64,000 nt of DNA from Diplonema japonicum (taxonomy: Eukaryota > Protista > Euglenozoa: Diplonemea), in NCBI GenBank assembly GCA_964019335.1, contig OZ025672.1, positions 1-64,000 on the forward strand, given 5' to 3'. The position numbers were made by a program, and so were the translations under genes. The notes beneath the pieces were generated by a model. The model was not told the DNA's origin. It did not search any database and saw only the letters and a list, made by a program, of their open reading frames with translations. Of this stretch, positions 42,128-52,314 are shown piece by piece; positions within the stretch are counted from its first letter, which is position 1, and the number at the start of each line of letters is the position of its first letter.

Positions 42128-44545
42128 CTATGTGCCTTCGGCCACGCTCCCGGGGAGCTCGGTAAGCTCAGTTAAGGGAAGAATCTGGCGCAGGCTTGTT
42201 AAACCAGTTTCAGCGCCACTCGTCTGCATTGGCAGACCGTGAGTGAGATGCCCTCGCTCTTCGAGTCTTGTGAGGAGCTTCATTGCCACTCTGTCGCGAG
42301 GCTGGACGAGTTTCGCCAGCTCTGCCACGGCCTCCTTGTCCCCCTTCATAGCGTGGTGCACGTTCGCAGCATACTTGTCGCTGCCCCATAGCTCGTCGTC
42401 CAGGCACCAGGGCGCCTCTGACTCCGGCTTGACCTCGTACACGTACACCCACCCCGTCTCCAGAAGCCATTCGTCGATGATACGTGTTGTCCGCCGAACT
42501 GCAGGGTCCTCTGTCACCCTGAGGTCTTCTTCCTCACCAAGTAGGGCAAAGGCCCCCGCCTCCCGCCCTACACGTGACAAAGCGCTGGCAAGGTTCATGC
42601 AACTCCCGATCGCCACGATGAACTTCGTCCTGTCAGTCCCGACACTCCCGTGCAACATCTTCCCCGAGCACACACCCACGTGCCCGTGTGTCTCCTCGCA
42701 CCCTCCTGACAGTTGTGGTTGCACAATGTTTGCAAACCGCAGCGCCATCGCCGTGTGCTGCGGGCATGCTCGCCCCACGTTCCACATCGCCGTGAGCCCC
42801 AACCCTGTCACTGAGGACACCGTCCCTAGCGTACGCTCCACACCCTCCAACAGCGCGCACACCACCCGGTTGCTCACACCGTACGCACCGTCTTCGTCAA
42901 GGAATCGGAATGTGATGTCAACACAGGCTACCGTTGCACGCGACAGCTCCATGGCTGTCCGTGCCCCCAGAGGGTTGATGATGGCGCTTCTGCGCTGTGC
43001 GGGTGAGTTAAGCATCGCATCGACGTGACGGCTCCTCCAACTCGCAAGCACCTCTGGTTTCCTATTCTTCAACGATGACGGGAACACAAGGTGCACACCA
43101 CTCTTCTCTGCGACGCCCTTCAGCGCGATGGCACCCATGGACTCGGAATGGAAGCCGCCATCCTTCTGCAAACTGCTCATCACTTCATTTGTGACTGCAA
43201 TGGCACCCCCAACACTCGAGCCTTCTACGCGAGCAGCTTTGTTCACTGTGCTGCCGAAGTAGTCGTACCTGTTTGTGATGGGGTTCTGCTCTGCATCGAC
43301 GTCGCCTATGTGCACTCCCATGCGCACGCGCAGGCCGTTCCACAGATAGGTGAGAGTAGTCTCTTTGTCCTGCACCTGCGCACAGTCCGCGAGTGCTGTC
43401 AGGTCCTTGTGGTATTTCTGATTCACGAGGGCCAGCTGCGCCTGCAGACAGAACTCCACAGCCTGCTCTGCTGTCTTGAAAGCTACCATGAAGGCATCGC
43501 CAATCGTCTTCACTTCGTACCCACTGCAGGCTGCGATGGTTTCGCGCATGGTCCGGTTGTGTATTGCCAGAGCATGACGCATGGCATGGGGAACTGCCTC
43601 CCATAGCGATGTCGAGTTCTGTATGTCAGTGAAAACTATGGCAGCATGCTCCCTTGGTGCCTCGCATGAACTCACTGCTGCGACTTCAACAATCAGAGAC
43701 CCAGAGCTCTCGTGTGTTAGCAAATGTTGTGGGAGGTACGGGCGATAGTGCTTTAAGTTCTGCAAGAGCTCTCGGAATGGCACTAACAGCTCGTTGTCAT
43801 TCCCCGCATCGCGGTAGGCGTCAAGCAGGCCCTCCGCCTTCTCCAAGTCGAACCGCACGAAGGAATGTGCCACTTCCTCTGCCAACTGCACGGATTCCTT
43901 CACCTCCTGCTGCCGCAAGCTCATGGAAGCTGCGAAGTAGTGTGTCATGCCGTAATCACTGATGTAGAACAAGGTGCGGAGGACGAAGGTTTGCACGCCG
44001 ACAGACTGACTCTCAGAGACCCTGCGGGCGACGGTGGTGTCGGAGGGGATGTCGTACAGCCCGAATTGATATACTTCTTCGAAGGACTTGACAGCAAGGT
44101 AGACAACAAGGATGTTGCGCACCGAAGAGCCGACAAGGGGGCGGAAGCCACCGAGGAGGCAAATGTCGCCGATGATAATGGCGGCGATCCACATGTCGTA
44201 GCCGCCGCGTGTCTGAGCGTCAGTGACAAGCACCGCGAAGAAGCTTATGAAAATGAGTATCTCACTGTAGAGAACAGGTGACCGCTTTGTCCTGAAGACG
44301 TACACAAGATACACACCAGTGGTGATGATTGTCACACCCTGGACGGGGATATTCGCCCATGAGGCTGTCACCACTTGGAATATTATAAAAGTCAAATACA
44401 TCACCCAGTACACAGCAGACACAGGCACCATGGTCACCTTCATCTTTCTGTCGGCATCGCTGTCTTCATCTCTAACCACCGCGCTTACAAGAGGCTTGAA
44501 GAGCCTCGAGACTGTCTTCTCGAGCCATCCTACTTGGAGAGCCAT
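42128..44545 (-). CDS. Multi-pass membrane adenylate cyclase with a second, degenerate cyclase domain
   Basis: About 5-6 TM segments; IVFTDIQNSTSLWE, YEVKTIGDAFMVAF, LRVRMGVHIG and YDYFGSTVNKAARVE. Confidence 0.92.
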   Translation of the reverse strand: MALQVGWLEKTVSRLFKPLVSAVVRDEDSDADRKMKVTMVPVSAVYWVMYLTFIIFQVVTASWANIPVQGVTIITTGVYLVYVFRTKRSPVLYSEILIFISFFAVLVTDAQTRGGYDMWIAAIIIGDICLLGGFRPLVGSSVRNILVVYLAVKSFEEVYQFGLYDIPSDTTVARRVSESQSVGVQTFVLRTLFYISDYGMTHYFAASMSLRQQEVKESVQLAEEVAHSFVRFDLEKAEGLLDAYRDAGNDNELLVPFRELLQNLKHYRPYLPQHLLTHESSGSLIVEVAAVSSCEAPREHAAIVFTDIQNSTSLWEAVPHAMRHALAIHNRTMRETIAACSGYEVKTIGDAFMVAFKTAEQAVEFCLQAQLALVNQKYHKDLTALADCAQVQDKETTLTYLWNGLRVRMGVHIGDVDAEQNPITNRYDYFGSTVNKAARVEGSSVGGAIAVTNEVMSSLQKDGGFHSESMGAIALKGVAEKSGVHLVFPSSLKNRKPEVLASWRSRHVDAMLNSPAQRRSAIINPLGARTAMELSRATVACVDITFRFLDEDGAYGVSNRVVCALLEGVERTLGTVSSVTGLGLTAMWNVGRACPQHTAMALRFANIVQPQLSGGCEETHGHVGVCSGKMLHGSVGTDRTKFIVAIGSCMNLASALSRVGREAGAFALLGEEEDLRVTEDPAVRRTTRIIDEWLLETGWVYVYEVKPESEAPWCLDDELWGSDKYAANVHHAMKGDKEAVAELAKLVQPRDRVAMKLLTRLEERGHLTHGLPMQTSGAETGLTSLRQILPLTELTELPGSVAEGT

Positions 44546-44648
44546 CTCGGGCTCCTGTGAGGTGAGTGTTGTGACAGAAGTTACATGAAACAAAAAAATC
44601 CTTAAGGGTATAGAGTTTCCATTCTCGAAAGAGAATGCGTGGGGTCCT

Positions 44649-45035
44649 TTATTTGTGTTTGGCATGCTTCTTAAGCTCAGTTGCAAGCCACGAGATGGGG
44701 TCCGTGCTGGTAGACAGCGCGGTGGAGGGCAGAATACGAGTGGACTTCCATTTAACGTGTCTCTCAATAGTAAGCTCTTGCTCGAGCTGTTTCTCTCTCT
44801 CTGTGTACTCCTCTGAGCGTAAAGGCGCTAGGGACTCCTCGTCCTCCTTCCGGTTCCTCTCTTGGTTCTCATACACGATCTCCGTCATCATTTTCTCCAA
44901 TACCGGCACTAACACCGGTAGCACCTTGTCTCTGAAGTAAATGCCTTCTTCAGACCTCACTTTAAACTGCGATAAAATGTACCGAAAGCTGTCATGGTGC
45001 TTGCTGTCCGGGTACCCTACGTCCCCAACAAGCAT
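44649..45035 (-). CDS. Small Dpy-30/RIIa-like dimerisation-domain protein
   Basis: YFRDKVLPVLVPVLEKM ... DPISWLATELKK split by a charged insert; ATG follows a CATCACAG acceptor. Confidence 0.65.
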   Translation of the reverse strand: MLVGDVGYPDSKHHDSFRYILSQFKVRSEEGIYFRDKVLPVLVPVLEKMMTEIVYENQERNRKEDEESLAPLRSEEYTEREKQLEQELTIERHVKWKSTRILPSTALSTSTDPISWLATELKKHAKHK

Positions 45036-45095
45036 GCTGCTCCTGTGATGCACTGGGATGGGCTTCTCATCAATAATAATGATAAAAAAGATCTA

Positions 45096-46961
45096 CTATT
45101 GTTTAGCCTTGTCCTTCGCGTTTTGGATTGTCTTCAAGTTCTTCTGGTATGTGTCACGCTCTGCCTTTGAGAGCGAGGCACCACAGGGCGGGTTGAGGAT
45201 GAGTGTCAACTGCTCTTCCGCGTAGTCGTACTGCTTGTCCTTGAGGTAGAGCACGGCGAGGTTGCGGTTCCACAAGCAGCGTGTGGACATCACAGTGCCT
45301 GGGTAGGACAGGGCAGAGCGGAAGGCTGCGATACTGTCAGCCATACGGCCCGCCATGCCGAGGGCTGCAGCGTAGTTGCCGTACAGGTCCGACGGTGTGT
45401 TTGGAAGCAAGAGCGACTTATGTATCCTGAGGGCCTTCTCGATAAGACGAATGCCCTCAGTGGCGTTGCCCCTCTGGCTCAGCACGACCCCTAAGTGGTG
45501 GTTGGCGTCCACATGCTTCGGCTCGCTGTTCAACGCTTTCATGAAGTACGGAACACTGTCATCCAGCTTACCAGCATCCTTCAGGATCCTCCCCAGCCCC
45601 ACCAAAGCCTCTGCATACTCCGGATACGCCTTCAACGCGGCTTCGAAGTGCGGCACAGCTTTCTTCACATCCTGCCTCTGCATGTACACCACCCCCAAGC
45701 TGTACTGGGCCTTGGCACTCGACGGACACGTCTCGATTGTCCCTGTGAACAGCTTCTCTGGCGTGTTCCAGTCGTCCGACCGCATCGTCGTCTTGTAAGC
45801 AAAGAATGTGAGCAGCACAGCAACACAGACATACGCTACACCACTGCGTCTCTTGCCAAGCTTTGCAAGCGAGATGTCAAGGAGGAGGCCACCCCATATA
45901 GCGAACCCAGCAGTGGGGATGAACAAGAGACGCTCTGCAAGTACAGTGCCGACCGGTACAATGCCCGAGGCGGGGAGGAACGGGATGACGATGAGTACAG
46001 TACCAAGCGCGCAGGCGTTGCGGTACCTTGTGAACAATGCAGCAAAGGGGAAGGAGATAAGCAAGGAATAAGCAATAAAGGCAGGGAAGGGGCTGTGCTC
46101 CTTAGGAAGTACGTTGAACCCCCAGTCACTACAGGACCAGTTAGGGAAGACAGACAGCAAGAAGTACCATGCATGCACATACGTGTAATGAGACAGCTTC
46201 TCGCCCCCTGTCTTGTAGAACGAGATGGGGTTATCAATGAAGGACATCTTGGGTGTCATGCGGTCTCCTCGCATGCGCATTGACCCAACAAGGATGGCAA
46301 TAGACAGTGCGGCTGAGACGACGGTCAGCAAGACGCCTCGCTTGTCAAGCTGTCTGTGCAGCAACCTGCTGTTGATGATCAAGTCGAATGCTGCCGCGAC
46401 TGCCAACGTAACAATGCCTAGCTCCTTGCTGAAGGTCGCCAGAAGACAGAAGCACACTGCAGCGGTGTAGCCCACTACGGTGCGTTTGAGGTACGCCAAT
46501 ATGCTGAGCATCATGAAGAGGAAGCAGAGAACGTCGGCCCTGCCGACGATGCTGGCGACATTCTCGACGTGCATGGGGTGCAGCGCGAAGAAAAAAGATG
46601 CAAACAGGGTGCCCTTGCGCGAGAGGACCTTCAAATCGGTGACGAAAGCCCACCACATGGAACAGGTGACGGCGTACAGCACCATGTTCCCTATGTGGTA
46701 TGCCGTGGGGTTGAGGCCGGACACAAGGTGTGTGGCCTTGAAGGTCAGAACGGTCAGCGGACGGTAACTCTTGTGCGAGGCGTTCGATCGCAAGGGTGTC
46801 CCCCAGAAGTCGTTTACGAAAACCTTGCTCATGTCGGTCGCCCAGTCGACATCTGCATTGTCTCTCACTGCACGGTCGTCGTCGAGCACGAACTCCCCCC
46901 GCATGCTGTTCAGGTACGGTGCCACGGCGAGCACAACCACCGCCACAATCTCCCACTTCAT
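45096..46961 (-). CDS. TMTC: TMTC-family protein O-mannosyltransferase (multi-TM plus TPR)
   Basis: FVLDD, NDFWG, SHKSYRPLTVLTF, HPMHVENV..IVGRAD, SKELG, AERLLFIP and C-terminal TPRs. Confidence 0.92.
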   Translation of the reverse strand: MKWEIVAVVVLAVAPYLNSMRGEFVLDDDRAVRDNADVDWATDMSKVFVNDFWGTPLRSNASHKSYRPLTVLTFKATHLVSGLNPTAYHIGNMVLYAVTCSMWWAFVTDLKVLSRKGTLFASFFFALHPMHVENVASIVGRADVLCFLFMMLSILAYLKRTVVGYTAAVCFCLLATFSKELGIVTLAVAAAFDLIINSRLLHRQLDKRGVLLTVVSAALSIAILVGSMRMRGDRMTPKMSFIDNPISFYKTGGEKLSHYTYVHAWYFLLSVFPNWSCSDWGFNVLPKEHSPFPAFIAYSLLISFPFAALFTRYRNACALGTVLIVIPFLPASGIVPVGTVLAERLLFIPTAGFAIWGGLLLDISLAKLGKRRSGVAYVCVAVLLTFFAYKTTMRSDDWNTPEKLFTGTIETCPSSAKAQYSLGVVYMQRQDVKKAVPHFEAALKAYPEYAEALVGLGRILKDAGKLDDSVPYFMKALNSEPKHVDANHHLGVVLSQRGNATEGIRLIEKALRIHKSLLLPNTPSDLYGNYAAALGMAGRMADSIAAFRSALSYPGTVMSTRCLWNRNLAVLYLKDKQYDYAEEQLTLILNPPCGASLSKAERDTYQKNLKTIQNAKDKAKQ

Positions 46962-47092
46962 CTCTTCGTCCCCTTTCTTTTCTTCTTTCTTTCTTTTCAC
47001 TGGAGTAAAAAATAGAAAAGTCAGGGTATAAAAAAAAATTCACCATGATAGGAACGAATGTGCCTACCAAAAAAAAAGAATGAAAACCTTGC

Positions 47093-47869
47093 TCAGTGCA
47101 TAAACAATCTGGAAATCTGTTGGAAGTTACCATCAGAAGGGTCTGATTTGTACAATTTGCACGCGGCGCGGATGCACCCGATGTCAAGGCAGTGCTCCGA
47201 AGTGGAGAGAAGCGAGACAAGCCGCTGCGAGGTGAGGTACTGCACCACCTGCGTGGTGTTCTTTGAAGTGGGTGCTGAGGTGCGTTGGGAACGGTCGAAA
47301 TCGATGAAGGTGACCTTCGGAGGGTGGAGGGTGACGATGATGTGCTTGATGGGGTGCGACATTTCTGTTTTGACAAGGCCGACAGTGTCGAGAGAACGGC
47401 ACTGAGATAGAATGTTGTGCACCACCCAGTCAACCATGCTTGGAGTTGCGCTCTCCAGGTATGTTGGCACATCTACACCTGTGACCCAGTCCATTGTCAC
47501 CTTGTCTGAAGACGCACAGTGAAGCCTGGGGCCCACACCTACCGAATTTGCCAGCTGCAGTCCAAGTGCTTCCTTTTCTAAACTTACGCCTTTTTTTGCT
47601 GCTTCTTTCACGGCATACTTTTTACCCGATTCATATGTTTCGTAAACCACCGCGTGCCTTCCTGCATGTACTACGCCCTTCCCCCCCACCCCCCACCTCC
47701 TCCACCTCTTTCCGGCCCCCATCACCGCTTCTTCTTTCAGTTCACCTCCTGCGTGTCCCATGACCCTTGCCCATCTGCTCACGTGATTCAAAATCTTACT
47801 GCTCGTACCAAGGAAGCCTACTATCTTAATCCATGTTTCTACAGGTAAGACGGAAATGTCTGGCGTCAT
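47093..47869 (-). CDS. F-box-like N-terminus plus atypical archaeal-type (COG2112-like) kinase
   Basis: ISVLPVETWIKIVGFL; GVGGKGVV, YAVK, LEKEA, VGPRL, MDWVTG, EMSHPIKHIIV, FIDFD and KNTTQ. Confidence 0.75.
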   Translation of the reverse strand: MTPDISVLPVETWIKIVGFLGTSSKILNHVSRWARVMGHAGGELKEEAVMGAGKRWRRWGVGGKGVVHAGRHAVVYETYESGKKYAVKEAAKKGVSLEKEALGLQLANSVGVGPRLHCASSDKVTMDWVTGVDVPTYLESATPSMVDWVVHNILSQCRSLDTVGLVKTEMSHPIKHIIVTLHPPKVTFIDFDRSQRTSAPTSKNTTQVVQYLTSQRLVSLLSTSEHCLDIGCIRAACKLYKSDPSDGNFQQISRLFMH

Positions 47870-48691
47870 TGTTCTTTGTTCATTTCTTTCTGTTCTAGGT
47901 TCTTTTCTTTTCTTTTTTTTCTTTTTTTTAATGTCAAGTGATGATGTCTTGGTTCGGAAATAAGAATAGTTAAATTGGATGAAAAGAAAAAAAAGCGGGG
48001 GGGTGGGGTGTACTGAAGATAACCATACAAAGTCATCACTTCCCATGTCCATGTTACACAGTCCGGTCCCGAGAGGAAGCCAGTGGGCAGCCGCATGCCC
48101 TTTCCAGTTGGACAGCACTAGTATGAAGTTAAGGGGGAATACAAACCATAGAAGCAGATGGAAAAAGAAAGAAGAAGAAAAAAAGAACCAAATGTTATGT
48201 GAACACACGGAATGGACCTTGCCGCCTCTTTTTTTCTCCCTCCCCCCTTGTTCTTTAGAAAAAAACAGGGCAAAAAAAAAAGAGGGAGAAAAGCTAAAAG
48301 ACAAAAAAAAAAAGGGGAGGGGGAATAGAAAGTTACTCCCCCGTCCAGTTCCCCCCCAACTCAACTAAAAAAAAAGGGGGGGGGGAAAGAGAAGGGGAAT
48401 GAGAACGCTAAGTCTTTCATTCCTCCCGCCCCAAAATAACACAAAAAAAAAAAAAAAAAAAAAAACAAGGGGCGAACGATTAGCTTTGAAGTTGGCACGG
48501 GCAAGAAAAAAAAATTCACTATGATAGGAACGAAGTGGTTAGCAACGGCCCACCAAGAAAAAAAAAAAAAAAAAAAAAAAAACACGCTTCAATCACCTTG
48601 TCAACCATAACAGCTTGAGGGGGAAAAAAAAAAGAAAAAAAAAGATCACAAGCCTGCAAGGCCAAGGTAACGCTTTTTCTTTTTCAATTTA

Positions 48692-49339
48692 TTAACAGGA
48701 ACACGATTTCTTCTTTTCAGGGAGGGCCTCTCTGGTTTCGGTTAAGACGCCCCGATCGGCCATGTTGCCTTCAGGAGCACGGCCGCCGGCGGTGGGGTTG
48801 GTGTTGTAGACATGCTGCACCAGCCAGTTCACAGATCTTTCAACATTCTTACCGGATTTTGCAGAGGTTTCAAAATAGTTAGCGTAGTGGTACTTTGCAC
48901 AGATGCTGTCACTCATTTCCGGGGTATGTGTCTTACTCGACACAAGGTCGCATTTATTCGCAACAAGAATGCAGGGAATGGGAGTATCGTCTTGCGTGAA
49001 TACTTTGTGTTCTATATCTGTTTTCCACTCTTGAGCTCCTTCAAAAGAACTGTTGCTGGTGGCGTCATATAGAATAACAGCAGCTACCGCCTCTTTGTAG
49101 TAGACCCTTGTTAAATTTTTAAATCGTTCTTGTCCTGCGACATCCCACAGCTGCACCCTCACGGTTGTATTCATGCCCACGTCGTAGATCTCCTTCAAGC
49201 TGAAGTCCACTCCTATCGTGGACTTGTAGGACGGTTGCCACAGGTTATAGGCGTACCGTTTGACGAAGCTGGTCTTCCCCACCCCCACATCACCCACAAC
49301 TAGCACCTTGTACAGTAGCTCGGATCGGTCAGAAGACAT
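48692..49339 (-). CDS. RAB32: Rab GTPase, Rab32/38-like
   Basis: LYKVLVVGDVGVGKTS, YKSTIGVDFSLK, WDVAGQERF, TRVYYKEA, ANKCD, ETSAK and C-terminal CSC. Confidence 0.85.
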   Translation of the reverse strand: MSSDRSELLYKVLVVGDVGVGKTSFVKRYAYNLWQPSYKSTIGVDFSLKEIYDVGMNTTVRVQLWDVAGQERFKNLTRVYYKEAVAAVILYDATSNSSFEGAQEWKTDIEHKVFTQDDTPIPCILVANKCDLVSSKTHTPEMSDSICAKYHYANYFETSAKSGKNVERSVNWLVQHVYNTNPTAGGRAPEGNMADRGVLTETREALPEKKKSCSC

Positions 49340-49698
49340 CACTGCTTCCCTCCTGAGATTTTCTTTTTTTTTGACGATACAAAGAAAATAATAATAATAA
49401 AAAGAAAGGAGAAGAGAGGAAACTTTTTTTTTTTTTTAAAAATGAACTACTGCCGAATAATTTTCTTTCCGGGAGAATCTTATATAAAAAAAAAAAAAGA
49501 ATTTCAACAAAATAATAAAAAAAAGAAGCCCCAATTACCCACCCACACTGTATTTCTTCTTTTTTCTTTTTTTTTTCCCCTTCCTCAAATAGGGAAAAGA
49601 AGGGGGGGAAAGAATAAGAAGAAAGAGCTAACGGACGACGACGTGCATGCCCGCGCTGCAAGCAGATCAACCAACCCCCCCCCGATGCCGCTGCCTGT

Positions 49699-51018
49699 CT
49701 AGTAACGGTAGTGGGCGGGCTTGAAGGGACCCTCCACAGAGACACCGATGTACTCAGCCTGCTTGGCGTTGAGCTTGGTGAGCTTGGCACCAAGCTTGTT
49801 AAGGTGCGCGGCGGCAACCTTCTCGTCGAGCTCCTTGGGGAGGAGGAAGACCTCGGTCTGGATGCCCTTGGGGTACTTGTCGTTGTCCTTGTTGGTCCAA
49901 AGGTCGATCTGCGCGAGCACCTGGTTGGAGAAGGAGTTCGACATCACGAACGAAGGGTGGCCGGTGGCACAGCCAAGGTTCACAAGCCTGCCCTCAGCAA
50001 GAAGGATGATGTGCCTGCCGCTGGGCATGGTGTACCTGTCCACCTGGGGCTTCACCTCGATCTTCTCCTTGCAGTTCTCGTTCAACCAGGCGACCTGGAT
50101 CTCAGTGTCGAAGTGCCCGATGTTGCACACGATGGCGTCGTTCATCATCTTGGGGAAGTGCTCCTTGGTGATGATGTCGTCGTTGCCGGTGGTCGTCACG
50201 AAGATGTGGCACTCCTCAACAACGTCCTCCATGAGCACCACCTGGTACCCCTCCATGAGCGCCTGCAGGGCGTTGATAGGGTCGATCTCGGTCACCATGA
50301 CACGCGCACCGAAGTTGCGAAGGGCAGCAGCGCACCCCTTACCAACGTCACCGTACCCCGCAACGACGCAGGTCTTACCGGCGATCATGACGTCAGTGGC
50401 ACGCTTGATCCCGTCGACAAGGGACTCACGGCAGCCGTACAGGTTGTCGAACTTGGACTTGGTGACGGAGTCGTTCACGTTGATACCAGGGAAGGGGAGG
50501 GTCTTGTTCTTGCACCTCTTGAAGAGGGCCTTCACACCGGTGGTGGTCTCCTCGGAGACACCCACGATGCCCTTCACAAGGTCGTTGTCGAAGCCCTTGG
50601 AGAGCACAAGGTTGGTCAGGTCACCACCGTCGTCAAGGAGGATGTTGGGGTACCCGTTGCCGGAGAAGCCCTTGATGGTCTGCTCCACGCACCAGTTGTA
50701 CTCGTCTTCGGTCTCACCCTTCCATGCGAAGGTGGGGATCCCGGCCTTGGCCATGGCGGCGGCGGCGTGGTCCTGGGTGGAGAAGATGTTGCACGAGGAC
50801 CACCTCACCTCAGCACCGAGGGCCTTGAGGGTCTCCATGAGCACGGCAGTCTGGATGGTCATGTGGAGGCACCCAGCCACCTTGGCACCAGCAAGGGGCT
50901 TCTTCTCACCGTACTCCTCGCGAAGCTCCATGAGACCAGGCATCTCGTTCTCAGCAAGTTCGATCTCCTTGCGCCCGAACTCAGCGAGCGAGATGTCCTT
51001 AACCTTGTAGTCAGTCAT
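49699..51018 (-). CDS. AHCY: S-adenosylhomocysteine hydrolase
   Basis: [48 protein letters not shown] and a HYRY C-terminus. Confidence 0.98.
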   Translation of the reverse strand: MTDYKVKDISLAEFGRKEIELAENEMPGLMELREEYGEKKPLAGAKVAGCLHMTIQTAVLMETLKALGAEVRWSSCNIFSTQDHAAAAMAKAGIPTFAWKGETEDEYNWCVEQTIKGFSGNGYPNILLDDGGDLTNLVLSKGFDNDLVKGIVGVSEETTTGVKALFKRCKNKTLPFPGINVNDSVTKSKFDNLYGCRESLVDGIKRATDVMIAGKTCVVAGYGDVGKGCAAALRNFGARVMVTEIDPINALQALMEGYQVVLMEDVVEECHIFVTTTGNDDIITKEHFPKMMNDAIVCNIGHFDTEIQVAWLNENCKEKIEVKPQVDRYTMPSGRHIILLAEGRLVNLGCATGHPSFVMSNSFSNQVLAQIDLWTNKDNDKYPKGIQTEVFLLPKELDEKVAAAHLNKLGAKLTKLNAKQAEYIGVSVEGPFKPAHYRY

Positions 51019-52314
51019 TGTTGGTTAATGTGATAAAAAGTTTGATGAAATACCTATTTTTTTTGTTTGTCGTTCTATGATGGTATGTGTTGTGGAAATA
51101 TTGGAATAAACCAATAAGAGAAAAAAAAAAGAAAACCCTCTTTCTTTCTTTTTTCTCTCGCTCGAGCATAGAAGTGCGAGAGGCAGGAGGGAAGAAGAAG
51201 AAAACAACAAAACAATCTTCTTTTTTTTTTCAATAGTGGAAATAACTACTAGTGGGGAAGAAGTATTCCCCTCTAAAGAAAAAAAAAAAAGGAAGAAGAA
51301 AAAAAAAGAACTGGATCCACGAAGTGCGCTTTTTTTCTTTTTATTTTTCCTAGCGCACCTCGCTATACAGATCTACATACAAATAGTATTTTTTAACATT
51401 AATAAGAAATCGTATTTAAATCCCTGATATTACATCAATTGAGGAAACCACTGTGTTCTCTTACACCAAAAATTATTCTTTTTTCTTTTTTGTTTTGTCA
51501 TGTTCCTAGTTGGTCATTCGAAGCGTGATAGATATTGATGAAGAGATCGGGTTTCTTCTTTTTGTAGTTTCCTGGGGGGAGGGGGAGAGAGGGGTACAGT
51601 GATTACTTCAATTCTCTCTTTTTTCATTTGTCGTTACCTTGTTGTCTCGTGCGAAGAAAATAATCTAGGTAAATTGAGGTGAGCAAATTACATTTTTTTC
51701 CTCTTTTTCTTTTTTTTGATTCTTTTTGAAAAAAAAAAAAAAAAAGGAAAAAAAGAAAAAAAGATCCCCGCATTTTTCATTCTACTGTACACTGAAAAAG
51801 AATCAGATTATCACGAGTAATAGGAGGTTTTTGCTGTTCTCATCCCCATCTAAATGTGCCTCAAAAAAAAAAAAGGAACATAAGATGGTTTCTTTTTCTT
51901 TGTTTTATTTCTTTTCTTCTTTCTTTAAGCTCAGCACGACGAGATTCTGTGCTGTAGAATGAGTGCCCAGGCCTCTTCCCTTTTCTTCTTTATTATTGTA
52001 CTATACAGAAGTTGTAAAAAAAAGGCAAAAAGTATGCGGCGAGCTGAAAGGTCACAGCCACCACTACATTGTCCCCTCCTCACATTCGGTATATTGTTAT
52101 CCAGAAAAAAAAAGAGAGGAAGAACTGCGGGCAAGCTAGAGGGGGCGGAAAAAAAAAAAAAAAACCTAATCACATAAAAACCGAACAGCCAGCAAAGCAG
52201 AGTAACTTAAAAGAAAAAAAAAACAATAATTTGGTATCTTGATTATTATCTCGTCAGTCTCTTAAAGTCAACAACAAAAGCCCAAAAAAAAAGCAGAATA
52301 TACATCTTCGGCTT

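Noticed and set aside
49711-51033. Two plus-strand ORFs of 429-440 aa
   Set aside because: Antisense shadows of AHCY caused by GC3 bias.
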